Below are positions 13,502-25,419 of a DNA stretch of 64,000 nt, one piece after another. Position numbers and translations under genes: made by a program. The notes below the pieces were generated by a model, which saw only the letters and a program-made list of their open reading frames with translations, searched no databases and was not told where the DNA came from. The DNA is taken from NCBI RefSeq assembly GCF_053078305.1, contig NZ_CP166879.1, one strand, 5' to 3'. The first letter of the stretch is position 1, and each line of letters starts with the position of its first letter.

Positions 13502-14152
13502 GTGCGGTGCAAAGGTTTTCTGTTTGATCTTGATGGAACGCTGGTGGATTCCCTGCCTGCGGTAGAACGGGCGTGGAGCAACTGGGCCAGACGTCATGGG
13601 TTAGCGACGGAAGAGGTGCTGGCTTTCATTCACGGTAAACAGGCGATCACCTCTCTGCGCCATTTTATGGCGGGCAAATCCGAGGCTGATATTGCCGCCG
13701 AGTTTACGCGTCTGGAGCAAATCGAGGCCACGGAAACCGAAGGTATTACCGCGCTTCCGGGGGCAATCGCCTTACTCAATCATTTGAATAAAGCAGGTAT
13801 TCCGTGGGCCATTGTGACTTCTGGCTCCATGCCGGTAGCGCGAGCGCGCCATAAAATAGCGGGGCTTCCCGCGCCAGAGGTGTTTGTGACCGCTGAGCGA
13901 GTGAAGCGCGGAAAACCAGAACCTGATGCGTATCTGTTAGGCGCACAGCTGCTGGGGCTTGCGCCGCAGGAGTGTGTGGTGGTGGAAGATGCTCCCGCTG
14001 GCGTGCTTTCTGGCCTGGCGGCGGGTTGCCATGTCATTGCGGTTAACGCTCCGGCAGATACCCCGCGCCTGAATGAGGTCGATTTGGTCCTCCACAGTCT
14101 GGATCAAATTACTGTGACCAAACAGCCAAATGGCGATGTTATTATTCAGTGA
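13502..14152 (+). CDS. yfbT: HAD-family sugar-phosphate phosphatase (GTG start)
   Basis: 216 aa; HAD motif I FDLDGTLVDS at N-terminus. Confidence 0.9.
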   Translation: MRCKGFLFDLDGTLVDSLPAVERAWSNWARRHGLATEEVLAFIHGKQAITSLRHFMAGKSEADIAAEFTRLEQIEATETEGITALPGAIALLNHLNKAGIPWAIVTSGSMPVARARHKIAGLPAPEVFVTAERVKRGKPEPDAYLLGAQLLGLAPQECVVVEDAPAGVLSGLAAGCHVIAVNAPADTPRLNEVDLVLHSLDQITVTKQPNGDVIIQ

Positions 14153-14170
14153 AACACCTGATCATGATTT

Positions 14171-14196
14171 AGCCCCGTCTCGTCGGGGCTTTTTTA
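14171..14196 (+). terminator. Rho-independent terminator after yfbT
   Basis: Hairpin agccccgtctcgtcggggct followed by TTTTT. Confidence 0.6.
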
Positions 14197-14238
14197 TGGC
14201 AGAATCAAGTCATCCCCCTCAATTAACAAGGATAAGTT

Positions 14239-16071
14239 GTGAACGGTGAATTGATTTGGGTTCTTTCATTACTGGCCGTTGCCATCGTCTTGTTTGCGAC
14301 GGGCAGAGTGCGTATGGATGCGGTCGCTTTGTTTGTTATTGTCGCGTTTGCATTAAGCGGAACGCTGACAGTCCCAGAAGTATTTTCCGGCTTTTCTGAT
14401 CCTAACGTTGTCCTGATTGCCGCCTTGTTTATTATTGGCGATGGTTTGGTCCGTACCGGTGTTGCCACCGTAATGGGAACATGGCTGGTCAAAGTTGCGG
14501 GCAACAGTGAAATCAAAATGTTGGTTTTGTTGATGCTGACCGTCGCGGGGCTTGGCGCGTTTATGAGTTCAACCGGCGTTGTCGCTATCTTTATTCCCGT
14601 GGTGTTAAGCGTTGCCATGCGTATGCAAACTTCGCCGTCACGTCTGATGATGCCGTTAAGTTTTGCCGGGCTGATTAGCGGCATGATGACGCTGGTGGCG
14701 ACGCCGCCGAACCTGGTAGTCAACAGTGAATTGCTGCGTGAAGGCTATCACGGCTTCAGTTTCTTTAGCGTAACACCTATTGGCCTGGTCGTGCTGGTGC
14801 TGGGTATTTTGTATATGTTAGTGATGCGTTTCATGCTGAAAGGGGATACCCAGACCCCGCAGCGCGAAGGCTGGACGCGTCGAACCTTTCGCGATCTTAT
14901 CCGTGAATATCGACTGACCGGGCGTGCGCGACGTCTGGCTATTCGCCCCGGATCGCCAATGATTGGTCAACGGCTGGATGATCTCAAATTACGTGAGCGT
15001 TATGGCGCTAACGTCATCGGTGTTGAACGCTGGCGGCGTTTTCGTCGCGTTATCGTGAACGTTAATGGGGTTTCTGAATTTCGCGCGCGTGACGTTTTGC
15101 TTATTGATATGTCTGCGGCTGATGTCGATCTCCGGCAATTTTGTAGTGAGCAATTGCTGGAGCCGATGGTACTGCGCGGCGAGTATTTTTCTGACCAGGC
15201 CCTTGATGTGGGCATGGCAGAGATTTCATTAATTCCTGAGTCAGAACTGATTGGTAAATCGGTGCGCGAAATTGGTTTTCGTACCCGCTACGGACTGAAT
15301 GTGGTGGGGCTAAAGCGCAATGGCGTGGCGCTGGAAGGTTCGCTGGCGGATGAGCCTCTGCTGCTGGGCGATATCATCCTGGTTGTGGGTAACTGGAAAC
15401 TGATCGGTATGCTGGCCAAACAGGGCCGCGACTTCGTAGCGCTGAACTTACCGGAAGAGGTGAGTGAAGCATCGCCCGCGCACAGCCAGGCACCCCATGC
15501 CATTTTCTGTCTGGTGCTAATGGTGGCGTTAATGCTGACAGATGAAATTCCTAATCCTGTTGCCGCTATCATCGCCTGCCTGCTGATGGGGAAATTCCGC
15601 TGTATAGATGCTGAAAGCGCCTATAAATCCATTCACTGGCCGAGCATTATTTTGATCGTTGGGATGATGCCGTTTGCTGTGGCATTACAGAAAACGGGAG
15701 GTGTCGCGCTGGCGGTGAAAGGGCTGATGGACATTGGCGGTGGTTACGGGCCACATATGATGCTGGGTTGTTTGTTTGTCTTGTCGGCGGTTATTGGGCT
15801 ATTTATCTCTAATACCGCGACGGCGGTGTTGATGGCTCCGATTGCGCTGGCTGCTGCCAAAACGATGGGGGTGTCGCCTTATCCATTCGCGATGGTCGTG
15901 GCGATGGCAGCATCCGCCGCCTTTATGACACCGGTTTCTTCACCTGTTAACACACTGGTTTTAGGTCCGGGAAATTACAGCTTCAGTGACTTTGTGAAGT
16001 TGGGGGTACCGTTCACCATTATCGTGATGGCGGTTTGTGTGGTGATGATCCCGATGCTGTTTCCGTTTTGA
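14239..16071 (+). CDS. yfbS: Putative transporter YfbS (membrane domains flanking two cytoplasmic TrkA-C-like regions)
   Basis: 610-aa ORF, GTG start, hydrophobic N- and C-terminal halves with a soluble central region. Confidence 0.85.
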
Positions 16072-16077
16072 CAAGAG

Positions 16078-16116
16078 CCTGATGTCGCATCCGGCGCTTA
16101 TTGCCTGATGCGACGC
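16078..16116. repeat. REP-like palindromic element between convergent yfbS and yfbR
   Basis: gcctgatgcgacgc motif and partner inverted copy (gatgtcgcatccggcgc), resembling enterobacterial REP units. Confidence 0.45.
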
Positions 16117-16129
16117 AGACTCCGGCTGC

Positions 16130-16729
16130 TTACAGCGGTGAATCCTGGCTAATCTCATCGAGCGAAAGATGGAAGCTGGGAACAAATACTTCCATGAAGT
16201 AGTCCATCTCCTGGCTGCGACGCGCTTCAAGCGTCGCTTCCAGTCGCGTTTTTGCCAGCAAGAATTCATTATTTCCGGCCGCGAGTTCTTCCAGACATTT
16301 CAGATATGCACACAGTGCATCTGCCTGTTTCACCAGCGATTTTTCTTCATCGCTATATGCATGCTCGTCAATTAACGGCGCAAAGATATCCCGCAGCTCT
16401 TCCGGAACCATATCGACCAGTTTTTGCTGAGCGATTTTTTCAATCGCCTTGTACTCCTGAGCGATTTGCGAATTGAAGTATTTCACCGGAGTAGGGAGAT
16501 CGCCGGTGAGCACTTCTGAGGCATCGTGGTACATCGCCAGTAAAGCGATACGTTCGGCGTTGACATTACCGCCAAATTTCCGATTTTTGATAGCTGCCAG
16601 CGCATGGGCGACCATCGCTACCTGCAAACTGTGTTCGGACACATTTTCCGTCCGCACGTTGCGCATGAGCGGCCAGCGGTTAATGAGTTTCAGGCGGGAG
16701 AGATGGGCAAAAAAATGGCTCTGTTTCAT
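16130..16729 (-). CDS. yfbR: HD-domain 5'-deoxynucleotidase YfbR
   Basis: 199 aa; HD motif ([15 protein letters not shown]) visible. Confidence 0.9.
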
Positions 16730-16812
16730 AGTGACCTTACGTATGATGACATCATCAGGTCATTGTGGCGGGATAACACTGCCGGATGCAATCTCCGGCA
16801 GTGAAATTAAGA

Positions 16813-18030
16813 TTACAGCTGATGATAACCAGAAAGGAAACGCGCGAACTTGCTCAAAGACAGCTCGATATCATCGACACGCGGTAGCGTGACAATGCGG
16901 AAGTGATCCGGCCACGGCCAGTTGAATGCCGTCCCTTGCACCAACAGAACTTTTTCCTGCAACAGGAAATCCAGCACCATTTTCTGATCGTCGTGAATGT
17001 TAAAGCGTTTGGCGTCGATTTTCGGGAACATGTACAGCGCACCACGAGGTTTCACGCAGGAAACGCCCGGAATATCGTTGATCAATTCCCACGCGCGGTT
17101 ACGCTGCTCATAAAGACGACCGCCAGGGGTAATAAATTCACTGATGCTCTGATAACCACCCAGCGCGGTCTGAATGGCGTGTTGCGCAGGAACGTTAGCA
17201 CACAGGCGCATTGAAGCCAGCATTTCCAGACCTTCGATGTAGCCTTTGGCGTGTTTTTTCGGCCCGTTCAACACCATCCACCCCTGACGGAAGCCTGCAA
17301 CGCGGTACGTTTTCGACAGTCCGTTAAAGGTAATGGTCAGCAGGTCAGGTGCCAGCGGCGCAATTGAGTGATGCTCAGCGTCGTCGTAGAGAATTTTGTC
17401 ATAAATTTCATCGGCGAAGATAATGAGATTATGCTGACGTGCAATCTCCACAATCTCCATTAAAAGCTCTTTGGAATATACCGCGCCGGTTGGGTTATTT
17501 GGGTTGATAATAACGATCCCACGCGTACGAGGCGTAATTTTAGCGCGAATATCATCGAGGTCCGGGAACCAGTCAGAGGATTCATCGCAAAGATAATGCA
17601 CCGCTTTACCGCTGGAAAGCGAAACCGCCGCGGTCCATAGTGGGTAATCTGGTGCAGGAACCAACATTTCGTCCCCGCTGTTCAGCAATGCCTGCATTGC
17701 CTGAACGATAAGCTCCGATACACCATTGCCGATGTAAATATCTTCCACGGTAACATCACGCATGCCACGAGCCTGATAGTGCTGCATGATGGCTTTACGC
17801 GCGGAGTAAAGACCTTTGGAATCGCAATACCCTTGAGCGGTAGGCAGGTTGCGTATCACGTCAACGAGGATTTCATCTGGCGCGTCAAAACCGAACGGGG
17901 CTGGGTTGCCGATGTTCAGTTTCAGTACCTTGTTACCTTCTTCTTCCAGGCGTTTTGCTTCTTTCAGCACCGGACCACGGATGTCATAACAGACATTCTC
18001 TAATTTGCTGGATTTTTCAATGGGGGACAT
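16813..18030 (-). CDS. alaA: Glutamate-pyruvate aminotransferase AlaA (PLP-dependent class I aminotransferase)
   Basis: 405 aa; aminotransferase fold with PLP-lysine context NGLSKTY; synteny. Confidence 0.9.
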   Translation of the reverse strand: MSPIEKSSKLENVCYDIRGPVLKEAKRLEEEGNKVLKLNIGNPAPFGFDAPDEILVDVIRNLPTAQGYCDSKGLYSARKAIMQHYQARGMRDVTVEDIYIGNGVSELIVQAMQALLNSGDEMLVPAPDYPLWTAAVSLSSGKAVHYLCDESSDWFPDLDDIRAKITPRTRGIVIINPNNPTGAVYSKELLMEIVEIARQHNLIIFADEIYDKILYDDAEHHSIAPLAPDLLTITFNGLSKTYRVAGFRQGWMVLNGPKKHAKGYIEGLEMLASMRLCANVPAQHAIQTALGGYQSISEFITPGGRLYEQRNRAWELINDIPGVSCVKPRGALYMFPKIDAKRFNIHDDQKMVLDFLLQEKVLLVQGTAFNWPWPDHFRIVTLPRVDDIELSLSKFARFLSGYHQL

Positions 18031-18946
18031 GAATCTTGACCTTTTTTGCTGTTATCGCCACTCCCTGCCGTGGAAGTCAGCTTAGAACAATGTACTCCCC
18101 CAGGACGGTGTTTTGAAGGTCTGCAGAATAAGATTTTGCCAGAGGGGAAGGCTCGATTGTGCTGTTAATAACTTAATAATGACAAAATAATGAGGTGTAT
18201 ATGCTTTACATGCAATGTTATATAGTGAATTGTTCTGATTCTTAATTGTAAGTCTGGTTTTTTTATCTGTAAGATAATTGTGTGAAAATGCCTCATTTAA
18301 GAATTCACTAATGAAACGCGATGATGATATTTCCGCATTACGGAGAGTTTAACAGCGTGATGATTTCCGAGGTGTCGCAATGGGGGCAAGGTGTGAAACT
18401 ATTGTTAAGCGGAATTAATGAATGAGGATGATGCTAATTAATTATTATTTAATATTCAAAAAGGTTTTGATGTGCTTATTAATAATAGAAGATTACTTTG
18501 CCTAACATAACATAACTTTGCATCAGATAATTCGCAATGACCCTTATAAATAAAAGGTTTTTGGGGTAAAATGCTCGCATAAATGACGGATCCCTGCTCT
18601 TGATGCCGCCTCACCATTGCTGTTTGTACGTGTTCGCGTATGACCAGCGATGCTGCACGAGAGTGGAACAAGGACTCACATTTACATTTATACAAACACG
18701 CGCATGTCATAAATAGAAAAGAGTGAGTAACTTAATAGATATGCGATCCCTGAAGATATATTCTGTGATCTACTTCAGGCATTATAACGGAACAATGTGA
18801 GTCGCTTTTTTAGTGCAACTCATATGCATTTTTACTTTCGTCCGGGTTCCGGATGAAACTGCCAGGGAGGCACATTACAAATGGAATTGCTTGTTTGTGT
18901 GTGCACAGCATTAACCAGCTCAGTATGAGCCGCCAGTAAGTGATAA

Positions 18947-19888
<942 letters not shown>

Positions 19889-19929
19889 TCGACGGACGAT
19901 AGATAATTCCTGAGACAATAGTGTAAAAA

Positions 19930-19972
19930 ACGAGCCGCTGGGGGTGTTTTAAACCCCAGCGGCTTTTTTTTA
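19930..19972 (+). terminator. Rho-independent terminator after lrhA
   Basis: Stem gccgctgggg/ccccagcggc followed by T8. Confidence 0.7.
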
Positions 19973-20518
19973 GTAAAGAACCTTCTTCACATCGTGCAGA
20001 ACGTACAAAACTGTTCATTTTTCAATCACCAGAGATTCACGCCCCGTACGCACAAATAATCGCCTGAAAAAAATCACCTGCTACAATGATGTTAAAAAAT
20101 AAGTAAATTTGTTGCTGCGTTTTTGTTATGGAATGACAAAAGCGTGTCACAGATCAAGAAAATACTCTCTTTTGGGGGGAGGAATCGACACAAATTCCTG
20201 TCAAAATAGACCTGTATTTTTTCCATTGCTTCACAACGGACACGATTCAACAACATCTAATTATCCTGGAGTCGTCAAGGATCTGGGGTGAAAGGGCATT
20301 AAATGCTAATGGTGTTGATATTATGTAAACTAATGTGAAGAAACTTTTGTTAAAGTTGACAAAAGGTTATAGAAAGGAGTAAAAGACCACATCAATTAGC
20401 TGTATAAAAGAATTTCTACAGTGATTGTAAGGTTTTTTTTATTCCTCCCCATGAATCGATGTGGCGTCCATCTGCCGTGAAGAGCAGTGAATCTGGCGCT
20501 ACTTTTGATGAGTAAGCA
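19973..20518 (+). promoter_or_regulatory. nuo operon promoter/leader region
   Basis: ~550-bp AT-rich non-coding region upstream of nuoA; location only, individual promoter elements not resolved. Confidence 0.5.
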
Positions 20519-20962
20519 ATGAGTATGTCAACATCCACTGAAGTCATCGCTCATCACTGGGCATTCGCTATCTTTCTTATCGTTGCCATTGGCCTGTGTT
20601 GCCTGATGCTGGTAGGCGGTTGGTTTTTAGGCGGTCGCGCACGCGCGAGGTCAAAAAACGTGCCGTTTGAATCCGGTATCGACTCGGTCGGCTCCGCCCG
20701 CTTACGCCTGTCCGCTAAGTTTTATCTGGTGGCCATGTTCTTCGTTATCTTCGACGTTGAAGCGCTGTATCTGTTCGCATGGTCAACCTCTATCCGCGAA
20801 AGCGGCTGGGTAGGCTTTGTGGAAGCTGCAATTTTTATTTTTGTGTTACTGGCAGGTCTGGTTTATCTGGTGCGTATTGGCGCGCTGGACTGGACGCCCG
20901 CGCGTTCACGCCGCGAGCGTATGAACCCGGAAACGAACAGTATCGCTAATCGTCAACGCTAA
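20519..20962 (+). CDS. nuoA: NADH-quinone oxidoreductase subunit A
   Basis: 147-aa membrane protein, first gene of a 13-gene complex I cluster. Confidence 0.95.
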
Positions 20963-20977
20963 CCGCGAGGCATTAAG

Positions 20978-21640
20978 ATGGATTATACGCTCACCCGCAT
21001 AGATCCCAACGGTGAGAACGACCGTTACCCCCTGCAAAAGCAGGAGATCGTAACCGACCCTCTGGAGCAAGAAGTTAACAAAAACGTGTTTATGGGCAAG
21101 CTCAATGACATGGTTAACTGGGGTCGTAAAAACTCAATTTGGCCGTATAACTTCGGTCTTTCCTGCTGTTACGTTGAGATGGTGACTTCGTTTACCGCGG
21201 TGCATGACGTGGCGCGTTTTGGCGCAGAAGTATTGCGTGCTTCGCCGCGTCAGGCTGACCTGATGGTGGTTGCAGGAACCTGCTTTACCAAAATGGCACC
21301 GGTTATTCAGCGTCTGTATGACCAGATGCTGGAACCAAAATGGGTTATCTCAATGGGTGCCTGTGCCAACTCTGGCGGTATGTACGATATTTATTCCGTT
21401 GTGCAGGGCGTCGATAAATTCATCCCGGTTGATGTGTATATCCCGGGCTGCCCGCCGCGTCCTGAAGCGTACATGCAGGCACTGATGCTGTTGCAGGAAT
21501 CTATCGGTAAAGAACGTCGTCCGCTCTCCTGGGTGGTTGGCGATCAGGGCGTTTATCGCGCCAATATGCAATCAGAGCGCGAACGCAAGCGCGGTGAACG
21601 CATTGCCGTAACCAACCTGCGTACACCTGACGAGATTTAA
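20978..21640 (+). CDS. nuoB: NADH-quinone oxidoreductase subunit B
   Basis: 220 aa; Fe-S cysteine motifs (CCY...GACANSGG...PGCPP). Confidence 0.95.
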
Positions 21641-21643
21641 TTT

Positions 21644-21714
21644 GCGCCTGTCGGCAAAGGGATTTTTCTTCGCTTATTCCTAAATCTATTTCGCGAAGCT
21701 TACTGCGCCGACAG
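21644..21714 (+). other. Nested inverted repeats in nuoB-nuoC spacer (potential mRNA stem-loop)
   Basis: ctgtcggc (21648-21655) pairs with gccgacag (21707-21714); inner cttcgc (21668-21673) pairs with gcgaag (21693-21698). Confidence 0.4.
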
Positions 21715-21733
21715 TCACCACGGACCATTTGCA

Positions 21734-23536
21734 ATGGTGAACAATATGACCGACTTAACCGCGCAAGAACCCGCCTGGCAGACCCGCGATCATCTTGATG
21801 ATCCGGTGATTGGCGAACTGCGCAACCGTTTTGGGCCGGATGCCTTTACTGTTCAGGCGACTCGCACCGGGGTTCCCGTTGTGTGGATCAAGCGTGAACA
21901 ATTACTGGAAGTGGGCGATTTCTTAAAGAAACTGCCGAAACCTTACGTCATGCTGTTTGACTTACACGGCATGGACGAACGTCTGCGCACACACCGCGAA
22001 GGGTTACCTGCCGCGGATTTTTCCGTTTTCTACCATCTGATTTCTATCGATCGTAACCGCGACATCATGCTGAAGGTGGCGCTGGCAGAAAACGACCTGC
22101 ACGTACCGACCTTCACCAAACTGTTCCCGAACGCTAACTGGTATGAGCGTGAAACCTGGGATCTGTTTGGCATTACATTCGACGGTCACCCGAACCTGCG
22201 CCGCATCATGATGCCGCAAACCTGGAAAGGTCACCCGCTGCGTAAAGATTACCCGGCGCGCGCTACCGAATTCTCGCCGTTTGAGCTGACCAAAGCCAAA
22301 CAGGATCTGGAGATGGAAGCCCTGACCTTCAAACCGGAAGAGTGGGGGATGAAGCGCGGCACCGAAAACGAGGACTTCATGTTCCTCAACCTCGGTCCGA
22401 ACCACCCGTCGGCGCACGGGGCTTTCCGTATCGTTCTGCAACTCGACGGCGAAGAGATTGTCGACTGCGTGCCAGACATCGGCTACCACCACCGTGGTGC
22501 GGAGAAAATGGGCGAACGCCAGTCCTGGCACAGCTACATTCCGTATACCGACCGTATCGAATACCTCGGCGGCTGCGTTAACGAAATGCCTTACGTGCTG
22601 GCGGTAGAGAAACTGGCCGGGATCACCGTGCCGGATCGCGTTAACGTCATTCGCGTAATGCTCTCCGAACTGTTCCGCATCAACAGCCACCTGCTGTATA
22701 TCTCGACCTTTATTCAGGACGTCGGCGCAATGACGCCCGTGTTCTTCGCCTTTACCGATCGTCAGAAAATTTACGATCTGGTGGAAGCGATCACGGGTTT
22801 CCGTATGCACCCGGCGTGGTTCCGTATTGGCGGCGTAGCGCACGACCTGCCGCGCGGCTGGGATCGTCTGCTGCGTGAGTTCCTCGACTGGATGCCGAAA
22901 CGTCTGGCGTCTTACGAGAAAGCGGCGCTGCAAAATACCATTCTGAAAGGTCGTTCCCAGGGCGTTGCCGCCTATGGCGCGAAAGAGGCGCTGGAGTGGG
23001 GCACCACTGGCGCGGGCCTGCGTGCTACCGGGATCGACTTCGACGTGCGTAAGGCGCGTCCTTATTCTGGCTATGAAAACTTCGACTTTGAAATCCCGGT
23101 TGGTGGTGGTGTTTCTGACTGCTACACCCGCGTAATGCTGAAAGTGGAAGAGCTGCGCCAGAGTCTGCGCATTCTTGAGCAGTGCCTCAACAACATGCCG
23201 GAAGGCCCGTTCAAAGCGGATCACCCGCTGACCACGCCACCGCCGAAAGAGCGCACGCTGCAACATATCGAAACCCTGATCACCCACTTCCTGCAAGTGT
23301 CGTGGGGGCCGGTGATGCCTGCCAATGAATCTTTCCAGATGATTGAGGCGACCAAGGGGATCAACAGTTACTACCTGACCAGCGACGGTAGCACCATGAG
23401 TTATCGCACTCGTATCCGCACGCCGAGTTATGCGCATTTGCAGCAAATTCCGGCGGCGATCCGCGGCAGCCTGGTGTCTGACCTGATTGTTTATCTGGGC
23501 AGTATCGATTTTGTTATGTCAGATGTGGACCGCTAA
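21734..23536 (+). CDS. nuoC: NADH-quinone oxidoreductase subunit C/D (fused NuoCD)
   Basis: 600 aa, fused 30-kDa and 49-kDa subunit domains as in E. coli. Confidence 0.95.
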
Positions 23537-23538
23537 TT

Positions 23539-24039
23539 ATGCACGAGAATCAACAACCACAAACCGAGGCTTTTGAGCTGAGTGCGGCAGAGCGTGAAGC
23601 GATTGAGCACGAGATGCACCACTACGAAGACCCGCGTGCGGCGTCCATTGAAGCGCTGAAAATCGTTCAGAAGCAGCGTGGCTGGGTGCCGGATGGCGCG
23701 ATCCACGCGATCGCCGATGTGCTGGGTATTCCGGCGAGCGACGTCGAAGGCGTGGCAACGTTCTACAGCCAGATCTTCCGCCAGCCGGTTGGTCGCCATG
23801 TGATCCGTTATTGCGACAGCGTGGTCTGTCATATCAACGGGTATCAGGGTATTCAGGCGGCGCTCGAGAAAAAGCTGAACATCAAACCAGGGCAAACGAC
23901 ATTTGATGGCCGCTTTACGCTGCTGCCAACTTGCTGCCTGGGGAACTGTGATAAAGGGCCAAACATGATGATCGATGAGGACACTCACGCGCATCTGACC
24001 CCGGAAGCGATCCCTGAACTGCTGGAGCGGTATAAATGA
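23539..24039 (+). CDS. nuoE: NADH-quinone oxidoreductase subunit E
   Basis: 166 aa; 2Fe-2S thioredoxin-like cysteines. Confidence 0.95.
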
Positions 24040-25373
24040 AAAACATTATCCGTACTCCCGAAACGCATCCGCTGACCTGGCGTCTGCGCGATGACAAACA
24101 GCCAGTGTGGCTGGACGAATACCGCAGCAAAAACGGTTACGAAGGGGCGCGTAAGGCGCTGACCGGGCTGTCTCCGGACGAAATCGTTAATCAGGTAAAA
24201 GACGCTGGTCTGAAAGGGCGCGGCGGCGCGGGCTTTTCGACTGGCCTGAAGTGGAGCCTGATGCCGAAAGACGAATCCATGAACATCCGTTACCTGCTGT
24301 GTAACGCCGATGAAATGGAGCCGGGCACCTATAAAGACCGCCTGTTGATGGAGCAACTGCCGCACCTGCTGGTGGAAGGTATGCTCATCTCCGCGTTTGC
24401 GCTGAAAGCTTACCGTGGCTACATCTTCCTGCGTGGCGAATATATCGAAGCGGCAGTAAATCTGCGCCGTGCCATTGCCGAAGCCACCGAAGCAGGGCTG
24501 CTCGGCAAAAACATTATGGGAACAGGTTTCGACTTCGAATTGTTCGTCCATACAGGGGCAGGGCGCTACATCTGCGGCGAAGAAACAGCGTTAATCAACT
24601 CCCTGGAAGGGCGTCGCGCTAACCCACGCTCGAAACCCCCATTCCCGGCAACCTCCGGCGCATGGGGCAAACCGACCTGTGTCAACAACGTCGAAACCCT
24701 GTGTAACGTTCCGGCGATCCTTGCTAACGGCGTGGAGTGGTATCAGAACATCTCGAAAAGTAAAGATGCTGGCACCAAGCTGATGGGCTTCTCCGGTCGG
24801 GTGAAAAATCCGGGACTGTGGGAACTGCCGTTTGGTACTACCGCGCGCGAGATCCTCGAAGATTACGCCGGTGGTATGCGTGACGGTCTGAAATTCAAAG
24901 CCTGGCAGCCAGGCGGCGCGGGGACTGACTTCCTGACCGAAGCGCACCTTGATCTGCCGATGGAATTCGAAAGTATCGGTAAAGCGGGAAGTCGTCTGGG
25001 TACGGCGCTGGCGATGGCGGTTGACCATGAGATCAACATGGTGTCGCTGGTGCGTAACCTGGAAGAGTTTTTCGCCCGTGAGTCCTGCGGCTGGTGTACG
25101 CCGTGCCGCGACGGTCTGCCGTGGAGCGTGAAAATTCTGCGTGCGCTGGAGCGTGGCGAAGGTCAGCCGGGCGATATCGAAACACTTGAGCAACTGTGTC
25201 GATTCTTAGGCCCGGGTAAAACTTTCTGTGCCCACGCACCTGGTGCAGTGGAGCCGTTACAGAGCGCCATCAAATATTTCCGCGAAGAATTTGAGGCGGG
25301 AATCAAACAGCCGTTCAGCAATACCCATTTGATTAATGGGATTCAGCCGAACCTGCTGAAAGAGCGCTGGTAA
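24036..25373 (+). CDS. nuoF: NADH-quinone oxidoreductase subunit F (NADH/FMN-binding)
   Basis: 445 aa; GRGGAGF FMN/NADH motif; C-terminal 4Fe-4S cysteines. Confidence 0.95.
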   Translation: MKNIIRTPETHPLTWRLRDDKQPVWLDEYRSKNGYEGARKALTGLSPDEIVNQVKDAGLKGRGGAGFSTGLKWSLMPKDESMNIRYLLCNADEMEPGTYKDRLLMEQLPHLLVEGMLISAFALKAYRGYIFLRGEYIEAAVNLRRAIAEATEAGLLGKNIMGTGFDFELFVHTGAGRYICGEETALINSLEGRRANPRSKPPFPATSGAWGKPTCVNNVETLCNVPAILANGVEWYQNISKSKDAGTKLMGFSGRVKNPGLWELPFGTTAREILEDYAGGMRDGLKFKAWQPGGAGTDFLTEAHLDLPMEFESIGKAGSRLGTALAMAVDHEINMVSLVRNLEEFFARESCGWCTPCRDGLPWSVKILRALERGEGQPGDIETLEQLCRFLGPGKTFCAHAPGAVEPLQSAIKYFREEFEAGIKQPFSNTHLINGIQPNLLKERW

Positions 25374-25419
25374 CCGAATTTCGATTAACGCTCAGTCTCT
25401 GACTGAGAAAACTGGAAGC

